Assembly (NCBI GenBank): GCA_963665095.1
Contig: OY762069.1
Location: 2,624,001 to 2,688,000 of the forward strand
From: an uncultured Desulfobacter sp.
GTDB lineage: Bacteria; Desulfobacterota; Desulfobacteria; Desulfobacterales; Desulfobacteraceae
Length of the DNA: 64,000 nt
Direction of reading: 5' to 3'
Shown: piece by piece, positions 25,885 to 36,983 of the stretch
Layout of the letters: the number at the start of each line of letters is the position of its first letter
How positions within the stretch are numbered: the first letter of the stretch is position 1
Translations under genes and position numbers: made by a program
The notes under the pieces: model-generated
The model's database searches: none
Seen by the model: only the letters and a program-made list of their open reading frames with translations
What the model was told of the DNA's origin: nothing

Positions 25885-27867
25885 ATGAATATTGGCAGTG
25901 TTGTGGAATATATAGACCAGCAAAGGATTATTTCTGCGGTAATTTTAAGTGAGGGAAAAGGGAAACTTCGACTGCTCAATGAGAACTGCCGGGAAGTCAA
26001 TTTCAGTGAAAAACGGCTGACCCATGTTTCTCAGGAGAAACTGGACATCAGCCAGCCCAGAACAACCCTGGCCGCTTACTTGAAACAGGTGACTGACAAC
26101 CGCAGGAAGCTGTCAGAGTCTATAAACATTAAAGAGTTATGGGAGATCCTCCATGAGGATCCAGAGGAAATCGATATTTCCGCCATGACCCTTTTCTGCT
26201 TTGATCCGCCATTGACGGCAGATCATGAAGCAGCTGTCATTCGTGCCTTTTTCAATGATCGTCTCTACTTTAAGTTCAACAAAATAATTTTTCTGCCCTA
26301 TACAGAGGAACAGGTAGAAGAAAAGAAACGTCGGATCCGGGAGGAAGAAAGAAGGAATGCACTGATTGCCAATGCTGTAGACTGGCTTTCTGATCAGCGG
26401 GCCAAAGATACGCCCCCCCCCCCTTCAGACCCATTGATTATAAATATTCTTAAAGATTATTATCTGCTGGGCAATGATGCGCCTAAATCCTTCATAGCTA
26501 AAGAGATCTTAAAAAAAGCAGGCTTCGGTGGGCCTGACGCATTGTTTCCTTTGTTTGTAAAAGCGGGCATCTGGGAACAGGACGAAAATTTGGATCTTGC
26601 CATCATGCAGATTCCCATCTCTTTTTGTCCCCGGGTTATAGATGCATCAGACCGGCTCTGCAGGGCCGCAGGCCCCCGGGTATTTGACGATCCCAAACGC
26701 AAAGACCTGACAGCATTGCCCCTGATCACCATTGACGGCCAGTCTACCCAGGATTATGACGACGCCATCAGCCTTGAAACCACGGAAAACGGCTACACCT
26801 TAGGCATTCATATTATTGATGTAGGTGCCTATATCCACAACCAGGACCCCATTGATATGGCAGCCCGGGAGCGGGCCTCATCCATCTACATGCCGGATGA
26901 TAAGTTGCCCATGATCCCCCCCAGCCTGTCTGAAGACCTGTGCAGCCTTAAAGAGGGACAGATCCGGCCGGGTATTTCCACCATGGTTCACATGAACCGT
27001 TTCTTTGAAGTGCAGAACTATGAGATTGTCCCGTCAGTTATAAAAGTGCATCAGCAAATGAGCTATTCCGAGGCCAACCTTCTCAACGGCAAAAATGACC
27101 CCATCACCACCCTTTACAAGATGGCCACGGTGTTGCGGGAAAAACGCCTGAAAGCAGGGGGGATTCAAATTACACTGCCCGAGGTCAATGTCTGGCTGGA
27201 TGAAAACAGAAATATCCATTACACAAAGGTAGACCGGGAAAATCCCTCCCGCATGCTGGTCTCTGAAATGATGATTCTGGCCAACTCCCTGATGGCCGAG
27301 TTCTTAAAAATCAACAATATGCCCGCTGTATTCAGGAGCCAGGCTCCGCCCAAACAGCGGATTTTCAAAGGCATTGAAACCGAGCTTATGCCCAACTTTA
27401 TGCAAAGAAAGCATTTAAGCCGGGCCATGATCACCACCCAGGCCGAACCCCATGCGGGCTTAGGTGTACCAGCCTATGTCACGGCCACCTCTCCCATCCG
27501 GCGCTATCATGACCTTCTCACCCAGCGCCAGATAAAGGCGGTACTTGGCTTAAATAGAGCCTATTCAGTCCAGGAACTGGATGATATTCTTGCATCCATC
27601 TCAGTGGCTGTTGCCAATACCGGTCGAATTCAGTCCGCCCGCAAGCGTTACTGGCTGATAAAGTATCTGCAGGATATGAAGGGAGATAATTTTGAAGGCC
27701 TGGTCCTGGACTCCTACAGGGACCATTACAATATACTGCTCAAAGAGTTTATGCTTGAATCCAGCCTGCCGGCATCCGGAACAAAGTTTAAGCCCGGAGA
27801 CCTTATCCAGGTAACAATCCAGCATGCCGATGCCCGTCGCAACCAGCTGTCCCTGTTTGCCGTCTGA
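25885..27867 (+). CDS. RNase II/R (RNB) family exoribonuclease
   Basis: TIDGQSTQDYDDA, EMMILAN, TSPIRRYHDL. Confidence 0.92.
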   Translation: MNIGSVVEYIDQQRIISAVILSEGKGKLRLLNENCREVNFSEKRLTHVSQEKLDISQPRTTLAAYLKQVTDNRRKLSESINIKELWEILHEDPEEIDISAMTLFCFDPPLTADHEAAVIRAFFNDRLYFKFNKIIFLPYTEEQVEEKKRRIREEERRNALIANAVDWLSDQRAKDTPPPPSDPLIINILKDYYLLGNDAPKSFIAKEILKKAGFGGPDALFPLFVKAGIWEQDENLDLAIMQIPISFCPRVIDASDRLCRAAGPRVFDDPKRKDLTALPLITIDGQSTQDYDDAISLETTENGYTLGIHIIDVGAYIHNQDPIDMAARERASSIYMPDDKLPMIPPSLSEDLCSLKEGQIRPGISTMVHMNRFFEVQNYEIVPSVIKVHQQMSYSEANLLNGKNDPITTLYKMATVLREKRLKAGGIQITLPEVNVWLDENRNIHYTKVDRENPSRMLVSEMMILANSLMAEFLKINNMPAVFRSQAPPKQRIFKGIETELMPNFMQRKHLSRAMITTQAEPHAGLGVPAYVTATSPIRRYHDLLTQRQIKAVLGLNRAYSVQELDDILASISVAVANTGRIQSARKRYWLIKYLQDMKGDNFEGLVLDSYRDHYNILLKEFMLESSLPASGTKFKPGDLIQVTIQHADARRNQLSLFAV

Positions 27868-27868
27868 A

Positions 27869-28672
27869 TTATGCTCTGGCCAGCACCAGGGCAGACACCC
27901 GGGCCGCTCCTGCCCGGATCAGAATTTTTGCAGCGGCATTACAGGTCGCCCCTGTGGTGTACACATCATCCACCAGTAAAATGTTTTTTCCCTCTACCTT
28001 TGAGGGATGGTGGCAGGAAAATGCCTTATTCAGATTTTCCCTGCGTTCGGAATAATCCAGGCCGGTCTGGCTGACAGTTGCCCGGACCCGGACAAGGGAG
28101 TGTATATCAATAGCCCACAAAGGGTTGTGACCAAATTTTTTTTTAAACAACCTTGGAAAATTGCGAACCAGAAAATAGGACTGGTTGAATCCGCGTTTTT
28201 TTGCCTTTGATCGATGCAGGGGAACGGGCAGTATAAGATGAACGTCATCCATATCATAATAGCTTTCAAAGGCGCTAAATAGATAGTATTCAAAAGGCAA
28301 GGCAAGGCTCTGCTTTGCCTGATATTTAAGCAGCCCGATGCCGTCCCGGATCACCCCTTTATATTCAAAAGCGGCCCGGACACTCTTCGTTGCCGGCCGT
28401 CTCTCAAGGCAGGATGAACATAAATGGTCTGTTCCAGCGTCGAAAATCCGGCCGCAGACCGGGCAGAAAGGGGTGCCAAAAAACGGCAGGGGACTATCCA
28501 GGCAGGATGGGCAGAAACAGGCGCTCAGCGGCATCTGACAATCCCGTGTGATGTATATACCGCATTTCATGCATCTGTCCGGAAAAATCAGTGCACAAAC
28601 GCCTGCTGCCGTATCTGTGATCCATTTTTTAATACCAAGTGAATCACTGAAATTATGTGTATTTATCATCAC
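27869..28672 (-). CDS. comF: ComF family amidophosphoribosyltransferase-like protein
   Basis: Double zinc ribbon, RGFNQS, LLVDDVYTTGAT. Confidence 0.9.
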   Translation of the reverse strand: MMINTHNFSDSLGIKKWITDTAAGVCALIFPDRCMKCGIYITRDCQMPLSACFCPSCLDSPLPFFGTPFCPVCGRIFDAGTDHLCSSCLERRPATKSVRAAFEYKGVIRDGIGLLKYQAKQSLALPFEYYLFSAFESYYDMDDVHLILPVPLHRSKAKKRGFNQSYFLVRNFPRLFKKKFGHNPLWAIDIHSLVRVRATVSQTGLDYSERRENLNKAFSCHHPSKVEGKNILLVDDVYTTGATCNAAAKILIRAGAARVSALVLARA

Positions 28673-28697
28673 CGGCCCTGACTGCCGTTCCCGAATG

Positions 28698-29531
28698 CTA
28701 TCCGGAATTCACACCCATGCGCTGACGCCGGGCCTCGAACATGGCAATGCCGCCAGCCACAGAGGCATTCAGGGAGGTAACCCGTGTCTCCATGGGAATG
28801 GAGAGGATAACGTCACATGACTTTCTGACCCCGGGACGAAGCCCTGTGTGCTCGCCCCCCACCACCAGAACCAGGTTGCCGGTAAGATCGGCCTCAAAAA
28901 GCCCTTTGTCTCCTCCGGCATCCAGGCCGAAAACCCATGCCCCCCGACTTTTAATATCCCGTATCAGGACAGAAAGATTGGTGGCAATGAAAATGGATGC
29001 ATGCTCCATGGCCCCGGCAGAACTCCGGGAGACCCCGGCAGACGGCAACGCGCACCGGTCTTTGGGCATCACGATATAATCCACCCCGGCGCAAAGGGCC
29101 GTACGGATCAGGGCACCTGCATTCTGGGGGTCTTCGATACTTTCAAGGATCAGAACAAAAAACGGGGTCGTCCGGGCTTCAATCTGTTCCAGCAGGAGAG
29201 ATGCCGGCTGAACAGGCAGCGAAGATACCCTTGCTGCAATGCCCTGGTGGCGCCCGTCGGCCAGACCGTCCATCTCCTCCCGGGAGAGATACTGCACTGG
29301 AACCCCCTTTTCCCCGGCCAGGGCAGCCACAGCCTCCCCCCTTTTGTCCGACCGGCTTAAAGAGAGCATAATTCCCTTAAAATGGCGCCGAAAAGATTTC
29401 AATGCCTCAAATACACTATGGTAGCCATAGAGAATTTCCTGCCCTGGTGTTCCCGCAGGCCTTGACTGTTTCCACCTGGAAGCGCCTGGCTTTTTTGCGC
29501 CTTTGCCGGCACCGGCTCTGCCGGCCATCAC
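28698..29531 (-). CDS. rlmB: 23S rRNA Gm2251 methyltransferase
   Basis: EDPQNAGALIRT, GGEHTGLR, SLNASVA SPOUT motifs. Confidence 0.9.
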   Translation of the reverse strand: MMAGRAGAGKGAKKPGASRWKQSRPAGTPGQEILYGYHSVFEALKSFRRHFKGIMLSLSRSDKRGEAVAALAGEKGVPVQYLSREEMDGLADGRHQGIAARVSSLPVQPASLLLEQIEARTTPFFVLILESIEDPQNAGALIRTALCAGVDYIVMPKDRCALPSAGVSRSSAGAMEHASIFIATNLSVLIRDIKSRGAWVFGLDAGGDKGLFEADLTGNLVLVVGGEHTGLRPGVRKSCDVILSIPMETRVTSLNASVAGGIAMFEARRQRMGVNSG

Positions 29532-30088
29532 TCAGCCGTCTCCTTTACAACAATGTCACACAGCTGGGTAACCGCATCCTCCAGCACATCGTTTACCACC
29601 ACATGGGTATAATCACCCTGCCGTGCCATCTCTCCTTCAGCATTTTTGAGACGTTTTACGATCACGTCTTCGGCATCTGTCCCCCTACCCCTCAGACGCT
29701 GCTCCAGCGCCTCCAGCGATGGGGGCATGATAAATATGGATACGGGATTAAGACCACAGGCCATAATCTGGCGGGCACCCTGGACATCAATATCCAGAAG
29801 GACGCTTTGCCCTTCTACAAGCTGCGCTTCCACAAACGTTTTAGAGGTGCCGTAGCAATTACCGTGCACATTGGCCCATTCCAGCATCATCCCCTTATCC
29901 ACCATCTCCATAAACTGGTCTTTGTCTACAAAAAAATAGTCTTTGCCATGGACCTCCCCCTCCCGGGGGCTGCGGGTAGTATGCGAAATGGAGTATACCA
30001 GACTGGAGAGCCGGCCCAGAAGTTCTCTGACCAGTGTGGTCTTGCCGGTACCAGAGGGCGCTGAAATTATAAAAAGCCTTGCCGCCAT
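29528..30088 (-). CDS. gmk: Guanylate kinase
   Basis: SAPSGTGKTT, TTRSPREGE, DIDVQGA. Confidence 0.97.
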   Translation of the reverse strand: MAARLFIISAPSGTGKTTLVRELLGRLSSLVYSISHTTRSPREGEVHGKDYFFVDKDQFMEMVDKGMMLEWANVHGNCYGTSKTFVEAQLVEGQSVLLDIDVQGARQIMACGLNPVSIFIMPPSLEALEQRLRGRGTDAEDVIVKRLKNAEGEMARQGDYTHVVVNDVLEDAVTQLCDIVVKETAE

Positions 30089-30091
30089 CTC

Positions 30092-30367
30092 CTACAAATC
30101 CTCCTGAGGGGCATCTGGATTACGAATCAGGGCTTCAAACCGGGATGATACGGTTTCAGCCTGGATGGCGGATAAAATAACGTGATTGGAGTCCGTCACA
30201 ATGATGGCCCGTGTTTTACGCCCATGGGTGACGTCAATGAGCCGCCGGTCTTCCCTGGCCTCATCCTTGACCCGCTTCATGGGAGATGAATTGGGGGAGA
30301 GAATGGCCACCACCCTGTCTGCCACAACTGTATTGCCGAAGCCGATGCTTAAAAGGGGTTGTTCCAT
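30092..30367 (-). CDS. DUF370/RemA family regulator
   Basis: IGFGNTV...SSPMKR...[10 protein letters not shown]; conserved yicC-DUF370-gmk order. Confidence 0.9.
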   Translation of the reverse strand: MEQPLLSIGFGNTVVADRVVAILSPNSSPMKRVKDEAREDRRLIDVTHGRKTRAIIVTDSNHVILSAIQAETVSSRFEALIRNPDAPQEDL

Positions 30368-30378
30368 AATTTTCCTTT

Positions 30379-31263
30379 TTACTCTATATTTTGTACCTGT
30401 TCTCTAATTTTTTCCAGTTCGGATTTCAGGTCCACCACGGCATGGGACAGGGCTGTATTGCCGGCCTTGGAGCCAATGGTGTTGAACTCCCGGTTAAACT
30501 CCTGGATCAGAAAATTGAGTTTGCGGCCCTGGGACTGGTCTTCGTCCATAATCTGCCGGAACATTTTAATATGGCTGTGCACCCTTACGATCTCTTCGGA
30601 CACATCACTCTTATCGGCCAGAATGGCCACCTCCTGGGCCAGACGCACAGGGTCTGCACAGTCGCCGTCTTCTGCAGTCAGGGCAGCCAGGCGTTCCTTG
30701 AGCCGGGCTTTATAGACCTCAGGCACAGTGGCTGCCTGTGCTTCAACCTGGGCCATGCGTGCCTCAATGTCTGATATGCGCCCGCTTAGATCCTGATAGA
30801 GATTTTCCCCTTCGTTTCGACGCATCTGGTCCAGTTCCCGGGCAGCTGTCCGGGCAGCAGCACAAAGCACATCTTTTAACAGGGCCTGATTGATTTCAGG
30901 CCTGGCCGCCACAATAATCTGCTTTGCGCCGAGTACGGTTTCCAAAGGGATTTCTCCGGCCATGGAAAGCGTATCCTGAACTGTTTTCAATGCCTTATAG
31001 TAAGCTCTGGCTTTCACCTTGTCCACCTCAAACAGATCCTGATCCAGGGAGACATCTTCAAGGTTCACCCGTATCTCAAGTCTGCCCCGGTCATGGAACT
31101 CCCCCATAATTTTTTTAACATCTTCTTCAAAGGGCTGACAGGTCTCGGGCAGATGGACGGCAAAATCCAGGAATCGCGAATTATAGGCCCGCACAGTCAT
31201 GTCCACGGTAAGGGTCTCCATGGTATGTGAGACCCTGGCAAACGCCGTCATGCTTTTAATCAT
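30379..31263 (-). CDS. yicC: YicC/YloC family endoribonuclease
   Basis: [37 protein letters not shown]. Confidence 0.93.
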   Translation of the reverse strand: MIKSMTAFARVSHTMETLTVDMTVRAYNSRFLDFAVHLPETCQPFEEDVKKIMGEFHDRGRLEIRVNLEDVSLDQDLFEVDKVKARAYYKALKTVQDTLSMAGEIPLETVLGAKQIIVAARPEINQALLKDVLCAAARTAARELDQMRRNEGENLYQDLSGRISDIEARMAQVEAQAATVPEVYKARLKERLAALTAEDGDCADPVRLAQEVAILADKSDVSEEIVRVHSHIKMFRQIMDEDQSQGRKLNFLIQEFNREFNTIGSKAGNTALSHAVVDLKSELEKIREQVQNIE

Positions 31264-31801
31264 CTTTTTTCCTCTTATGTTCGTTGAGATCCACAAGATA
31301 TTTCTGCCGGACCTGAGTTAAAAAAAGCAGCACCTCGCCGGATGCATAGTCCGGATAGGTCCATTCAAGGGTTTTAAACCCTTTTTTGGTATACATCAGC
31401 GTCAGGTCCGCATAAATTCTTTTCCCGATGTAAATCCTGTGAGAATACTCTTTGCCTGTGGCCAGGATAAACCGAGAAGAGAGAAGATATCCCGGATCAA
31501 TATTAATTTTGCGGCTCTTCCGGTCAAGAAAGGATTTTTCAATCTCGTTGGTCAAAAGTTTTACAGATGCCAGTTCCTCCTGTTCAATCAGAGGCTTAAA
31601 GGCCACAAATCGCCGGAATAAGGGCTCCCCCATCTCCTTATAATAATAGTCTGTAAAATTAAAATCCAGCCAGGGGGAAATGATATCCACAGGTCCGCCC
31701 GCAGATTCAAGCCTGGGGAATACCGCTTCAAACAGCGACTGCTCTTTCATGAAGACCGACATCACAAGCTTGGCCGGATCGGGTTTTTTAGGTGTACTCA
31801 T
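31256..31801 (-). CDS. DUF4416 family protein
   Basis: TDYYYKEMG, INIDPGY, HRIYIGK, WTYPDY. Confidence 0.8.
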   Translation of the reverse strand: MSTPKKPDPAKLVMSVFMKEQSLFEAVFPRLESAGGPVDIISPWLDFNFTDYYYKEMGEPLFRRFVAFKPLIEQEELASVKLLTNEIEKSFLDRKSRKINIDPGYLLSSRFILATGKEYSHRIYIGKRIYADLTLMYTKKGFKTLEWTYPDYASGEVLLFLTQVRQKYLVDLNEHKRKKDD

Positions 31802-31971
31802 TGCTTAACAGGCACAGCCTCATCAATGAGCATGATGGGGATATCATCCCGAATTTCATACTTCAGGGCACACGCCCCGCACACCAGCCCGTCTTCGTTG
31901 TCCGTCAGCACAACCGGACCTTTGCACTTGGGGCAGACCAGAATTTCCAGCAGTTCTTTTGAAGCAGCCAT
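31798..31971 (-). CDS. Trm112/YcaR family protein (57 aa, absent from the ORF track)
   Basis: Manual translation MAASKELLEILVCPKCKG...CGACALKYEIRDDIPIMLIDEA; AAGGAG RBS. Confidence 0.9.
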   Translation of the reverse strand: MAASKELLEILVCPKCKGPVVLTDNEDGLVCGACALKYEIRDDIPIMLIDEAVPVKQ

Positions 31972-31997
31972 GGGTTCTCCTTACATATTTTTTGATA

Positions 31998-33752
31998 TCA
32001 GGCCTTTGAGACCTGCATGGATTGAAGTTTAAAATAGGCGCCCTGTGCCTTCATCAGTTCATCATGGGTACCCTGCTCCACAATGGTCCCGTTCTTAAGC
32101 ACAATAATCCGCGACGCATAATCAATGGTGGAAAGGCGGTGGGCAATGACAAATGAGGTTCGTCCCTTCATCAGGTTTTCAAGGGCCTTTTGCACCACTT
32201 TTTCCGCTTCGGAATCCAGCGCTGATGTGGCCTCGTCAAGAATCAGTACCGGGGCGTTCTTCAACAAAGCCCGGGCAATGCAGATCCGCTGTTTTTCTCC
32301 TCCGGAAAGCCGGGAACCCAGTTCTCCGATTACTGTATCATACCCTTTGGGAAATCCGGAGATGAAATCATGGGCAAAAGCCGCCTTTGCCGCAGCTTTA
32401 ATCTGCTCGTCATCTGCATCCATATTGCCGTACCTAATGTTATCCCGCACTGTTTCATTGAACAGGATAGGCTCCTGGGTGACAATGGAAATATGGTGGC
32501 GCAGGGAGGCCACGGTGAGATCCCGGACATCAATACCTGCAATGGAGACCCGTCCGCCAGAAACATCATAAAGACGTGGTATCAGATTCACCAGACTGGT
32601 TTTACCGCCCCCGCTCATCCCCACCAGGGCCAGGGTCTCGCCCGGGGCAGCAGTCAGATCAATGTTTTTCAGGGCTGGTGGGTTATCAGGGCCATAGGAA
32701 AAGGTCACCTTCTCAAAGGCCACCTCACACACACCTGCATCCAGAATCCGGGCGTCCGGCCTGTCCACAATATCATTGTTCTGCTCCAGCACATCAAAAA
32801 TCCGTGATGCCGCAGCCACGCCCTCCTGGATGGTGTTGTTCAGGGAGGATAATTTTTTCACCGGATCATAAAGCATCATCACAGCAGTGAGAAACGAAAA
32901 AAAGACCCCCGGTGTAGAGGTGCCGTTCACCACCCGCATCCCGCCGAACCAGATGATAAAGGCTATACCAAGCCCGCCTAAAAACTCCATCACCGGAGAA
33001 GAGAGCGCCCGGGTTTTCACCTTTTTCATTTCCAGACGGAACAGCTCGTTGGTTTTCTCCTTGAACCGACTGACTTCAAATCCCTGCAAATTGAATATCT
33101 TAATGATCTTGGCACCGGTAAAGGTTTCATGAAGAAACGCGGTCAAATCCGCCATGGTCTCCTGGGAGCCTGTGGAAAACCGTCTGACTCTTCTGCCAAA
33201 CACCACAATGGGATAAAAGGCAACAGGCAGAACAATAAATGCGCCCAGGGCCAGTTTCCAGTCCCGGTAAAAAATAACAAACAAAAAGGCCACAACGGAA
33301 AAACTGTCCCGGAACAGACTGATCACCGCTGTGGAGACCATGCCCTTGACAATGTTCACATCATTGGTGATCCGGGACATCAGCGTCCCTGTTTTTTCCT
33401 CATGGATAAAGGATATGGGCAGTTCCGTAATCTTCTCATACAACGTGTTCCGGAAAAAACGAATAATGCGCTCCCCCACATAGTTCATCAGGTATTCAGA
33501 CCCGTAGGACCCCGCACCTTTCAAAAAGAACACCAGAACGGCAAGTCCCGGGATGATCAGAAGCTTCTGGCTGTTCCGGGCAATAAAGATGTCGTCCAGG
33601 ACCGGTTTGACCAGCAGCGCCATGGCGCCGTTGGCACCGGCCACCACCACCATGCACAATGCCGCTAAAACAATTCGTTTCCAGTAAACAAGCACCTGCT
33701 GGATAATTTTATCCCGCCGGTTTTTTGACAAATGGGCTTTTTTAGATTTCAT
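31998..33752 (-). CDS. msbA: Lipid A export ABC transporter
   Basis: TMD plus GMSGGGKT, LSGGEKQR, DEATSALD; divergent from waaA. Confidence 0.85.
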   Translation of the reverse strand: MKSKKAHLSKNRRDKIIQQVLVYWKRIVLAALCMVVVAGANGAMALLVKPVLDDIFIARNSQKLLIIPGLAVLVFFLKGAGSYGSEYLMNYVGERIIRFFRNTLYEKITELPISFIHEEKTGTLMSRITNDVNIVKGMVSTAVISLFRDSFSVVAFLFVIFYRDWKLALGAFIVLPVAFYPIVVFGRRVRRFSTGSQETMADLTAFLHETFTGAKIIKIFNLQGFEVSRFKEKTNELFRLEMKKVKTRALSSPVMEFLGGLGIAFIIWFGGMRVVNGTSTPGVFFSFLTAVMMLYDPVKKLSSLNNTIQEGVAAASRIFDVLEQNNDIVDRPDARILDAGVCEVAFEKVTFSYGPDNPPALKNIDLTAAPGETLALVGMSGGGKTSLVNLIPRLYDVSGGRVSIAGIDVRDLTVASLRHHISIVTQEPILFNETVRDNIRYGNMDADDEQIKAAAKAAFAHDFISGFPKGYDTVIGELGSRLSGGEKQRICIARALLKNAPVLILDEATSALDSEAEKVVQKALENLMKGRTSFVIAHRLSTIDYASRIIVLKNGTIVEQGTHDELMKAQGAYFKLQSMQVSKA

Positions 33753-33846
33753 GGGCAGACAACGTCTCTTCCTTAACTATTTTTCCAGCAAAGTGCAGGA
33801 CAAAATCTATTGTCAAGTGTTAAAAAACATGAGAGCATAGCCTCCC

Positions 33847-35157
33847 ATGACAAAGTGTGCTTTTATACCCAATTTTCTCAAACTTTACAATATCCTGTGG
33901 CAGCCGGTCCTGCCTTTTTTAAAGCGGAACCCGCAGCTTGCCGCCACTTTTGATAAAAGCACCGCACCTGTGCACCTGGGCCCGGCAGACGTATGGATTC
34001 AGGGGGCATCTGCCGGTGAAGCCTACCTTGCCGTATCCATCATCAGGGCGTTTGCACCGCAAAAACCCACAACCATACTGCTAACCGCCACAACCGATCA
34101 TGGGATGCAGATCCTTAAAAACGGCCTGGAACAGATCCCCTGTCACCCCAACGTCCGGCTTAATTTTGATGTATTCCCCTTTGATATGCCCTCTGCCATG
34201 GACCTGGCGGTAAGCCGTGTGAATCCGGCAGTTATGGTGCTGCTGGAAACAGAATTGTGGCCGGCCCATCTCCATGCCTTGAAACAAAAACAGATCCCGA
34301 TTCTGGTTATCAACGGCAGAATGTCAAAAAAAAGCGGCCGGCACTACCGGCTCACCCGGAAATTCTGGCAATGCTTTGCCCCGGACCGCATCATGGCGAT
34401 ATCTGAAGAGGATGCCCAACGGTTTTCCTGCGTGTTTCTCCATACCCGGATTCAGACCATGAACAATATTAAATTCGACCGCATGAACGGCCAGGAAAAA
34501 TCAGGCAAGCCATCAGCCCTGGCAGATCTCCTGCCGCCAGGCCTGCCCCTTTCCATTCTGGCCTCATTCCACCGCAGGGAAGAGGCGCAGATTGTTCACA
34601 TGGTCAAAATGCTCAAAACCACCCATCCCAATCAGGTCATTGCCCTGTTCCCCCGTCACATGGACCGGGTGGCCCCGGTGATAGAAAAACTGGGGAAAAA
34701 AGGGTTTACCGTACTCAAAGGGTCAGAAATATCGACACCGTTGACAGGTCCTGCCATTGTCATGTGGGACCGTTTTGGTGAACTTTGCCAGGCCTACGAA
34801 TATGCAGACGTCGTTTTTGTGGGCGGCAGCCTGGTCCCTTTGGGCGGGCAGAACTTTATGGAGCCTGCAGCGCTTGGGGTGCCCACCATCATAGGCCCGT
34901 TCTGGCAGAACTTTGCCTGGGTGGGAGAAGATATTTTTTCAACAAACGCCGTCACCCGCTGTGACACCTGGCAGCAGGCGGCCCAGACCATGTGTGGACA
35001 TCTTGCAGATCCCCGGGGGCGTCAGGCCAATCTTGAGGCGGTCAGCCAATATATTCTGGAAAAACAGGGCGGGTCACAAACGGCAGTGAACGCAATCCAG
35101 GAAGCTTTGATGGTGAAGCGCCACACGGATGCAAAAAAGTGTCATCATTCAGAATAG
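33847..35157 (+). CDS. waaA: Kdo transferase
   Basis: ASAGE, ETELWP, PRH, GGSLVPLGGQNFMEP. Confidence 0.9.
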   Translation: MTKCAFIPNFLKLYNILWQPVLPFLKRNPQLAATFDKSTAPVHLGPADVWIQGASAGEAYLAVSIIRAFAPQKPTTILLTATTDHGMQILKNGLEQIPCHPNVRLNFDVFPFDMPSAMDLAVSRVNPAVMVLLETELWPAHLHALKQKQIPILVINGRMSKKSGRHYRLTRKFWQCFAPDRIMAISEEDAQRFSCVFLHTRIQTMNNIKFDRMNGQEKSGKPSALADLLPPGLPLSILASFHRREEAQIVHMVKMLKTTHPNQVIALFPRHMDRVAPVIEKLGKKGFTVLKGSEISTPLTGPAIVMWDRFGELCQAYEYADVVFVGGSLVPLGGQNFMEPAALGVPTIIGPFWQNFAWVGEDIFSTNAVTRCDTWQQAAQTMCGHLADPRGRQANLEAVSQYILEKQGGSQTAVNAIQEALMVKRHTDAKKCHHSE

Positions 35158-35179
35158 CAAACGCCCGGCACCATTCTGT

Positions 35180-35659
35180 TTAAATCCTGTATTTCATGAT
35201 CAGCACGTCAAAGGGGAGATGGTCGAACTGAAGGGTTTCAAAATCCTTGAATCCCAGATTTTGGTACCACTTTTTCAGGCGGGTATTTTCAGCAATGATA
35301 CCGATGCTGATATGCCGGATATCTCTTTGTTTTGAATATCCGATAATATGATGGACCAGTGCCGTGCCAGTCCCCCGGCTGCGGAAACCTGGCAGCACAG
35401 AAAGCCGGTTCAGATACGCGGTATGGGTATCCGGCTGCTGAAAGGCCACGCACCCCGTGGCCGTCTCTTTTTCCATGGAAAGAAAATAGCGCTGTCCCTT
35501 TTTAAAGTCATCCTGCACCCACTCAGCCGTGCAGAAGGAGGGGTGTCTGGCAGCGTTGTCCTTTGTCAGCCCGAATTCCCGTGCCACATCCCTGTTCCCT
35601 TTACTGATGATGGAGGCCAAAATCTGTGCATCATTCTCATTTGCCGTAATTATTTTCAT
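35180..35659 (-). CDS. GNAT family acetyltransferase
   Basis: LSVLPGFRSRGTG, WYQNLGF. Confidence 0.88.
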   Translation of the reverse strand: MKIITANENDAQILASIISKGNRDVAREFGLTKDNAARHPSFCTAEWVQDDFKKGQRYFLSMEKETATGCVAFQQPDTHTAYLNRLSVLPGFRSRGTGTALVHHIIGYSKQRDIRHISIGIIAENTRLKKWYQNLGFKDFETLQFDHLPFDVLIMKYRI

Positions 35660-35740
35660 TATTGCACGTCTCCAACACCTTTGTATAATAGACGATTATC
35701 TAATTTCATCCTGTTTTCCTGTCTATCTTGCCTTCAAACA

Positions 35741-36688
35741 CTATATATCCACCACCTGTACCTGCTGTTTTTTGAGGGAACGAATATGTCCCGGCAGATT
35801 ATCTATGATACTTTTCTCAAGGGCATTGATTATGGTCTCTTTCAAAAAACTGCGGTTATAAACCAGGCTGACTTCACGGGTGGGTACAGGCGCCCTGAAG
35901 GGCTTGATGCATGGCGCCGCTGTTTTCCCTTCCATTTCATCCACTGCCATCTGGGGCAGCAGGGTAAAACCGGAGTTGGCATTGACCAGTTTGATCAGGG
36001 TCTCAAGGCTGCCGCTTTCAAATCGGATATTGGGATAGACACACTGATCCTGGCTGGATGCACAGATCTTGAGCATCTGATTTCGGAAGCAATGGCCTTC
36101 GGAAAGCAGCCACAAATCACCGCAGTCCAGATCCTTCTCGCTGATCATCTCCTTTTCCATCAACGGGTGGGCAGGATTCAGATAGCAGTAGAACGCCTCA
36201 TAATAAAGATGGCGCTCAATCAGACCGTCATCGTACAAAGGGGTGACCAAAAGTCCTGCATCCAGGTCGTCATTATATAAATTTTTAATAATATCATCGG
36301 TTTTCTGCTCATGCACCACCAGATTCACAGCCGGGTATTTATCCCCGAACGCCCCGATAAAAAGGGGAATCACATAGGGCGCCAAAGTGGGGATCACGGC
36401 CAGGTCAAAATCGCCTTTGGGTTCCAGGGCCTTGGCATCTGCAACCACCTGGATTTTTTTATGTTCCCGCAGCACCACAGCAGCCTGCTCAATGATCTCC
36501 TTGCCGGCTTCCGTGACCAGGACAGGTTTCCTGGACCGGTCAAAAATCACCACGCCCAGCTCCTCTTCAAGCTTTTGAATCTGGGCGGACAAAGAGGGCT
36601 GGGACACATAACAGGCCCGGGCCGCCTTACCGAAATGGCGCTCCCGGTCCACAGCCAGCAGATATTCCAGTTGGGTTAAGGTAGACAT
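35741..36688 (-). CDS. oxyR: LysR regulator, OxyR-like
   Basis: HFGKAARACYVSQPSLS HTH; EGHCFRNQMLKIC with both redox Cys. Confidence 0.8.
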   Translation of the reverse strand: MSTLTQLEYLLAVDRERHFGKAARACYVSQPSLSAQIQKLEEELGVVIFDRSRKPVLVTEAGKEIIEQAAVVLREHKKIQVVADAKALEPKGDFDLAVIPTLAPYVIPLFIGAFGDKYPAVNLVVHEQKTDDIIKNLYNDDLDAGLLVTPLYDDGLIERHLYYEAFYCYLNPAHPLMEKEMISEKDLDCGDLWLLSEGHCFRNQMLKICASSQDQCVYPNIRFESGSLETLIKLVNANSGFTLLPQMAVDEMEGKTAAPCIKPFRAPVPTREVSLVYNRSFLKETIINALEKSIIDNLPGHIRSLKKQQVQVVDI

Positions 36689-36983
36689 AATTTCCGCTTG
36701 TATCAGAATCTTTTGCGGTTTGCAAAATCAATCCGATGGTACCCTGGTGCGTCCATCGGTCCCCGGATCACTTCTTTTAAACAGGAGTTTCAAAGCAGCC
36801 CGAAGCAAATGGAGAACCAGAATAAGGCATATATATCCTGCTTATCCATCCGCAAAATAGTTCATAAACCTCTTGCATCCGGGATCAGTTCAGTCCATAA
36901 ATAATTATTCCAGAGACGGTTTTCATGGATGCCGATAACCGTTTGTAGCAATACGCTTTCTCAAGGAAGAAGGAATAAATCTA

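Noticed and set aside
35348..36280. 310-aa plus-strand ORF and the many other antisense ORFs in the GC-richer host region
   Set aside because: They overlap well-supported genes on the opposite strand or frame and show no motifs
36905..36940. Sigma-28 promoter from GCCGATAA at 36931
   Set aside because: No convincing TAAA -35 element at the expected spacing
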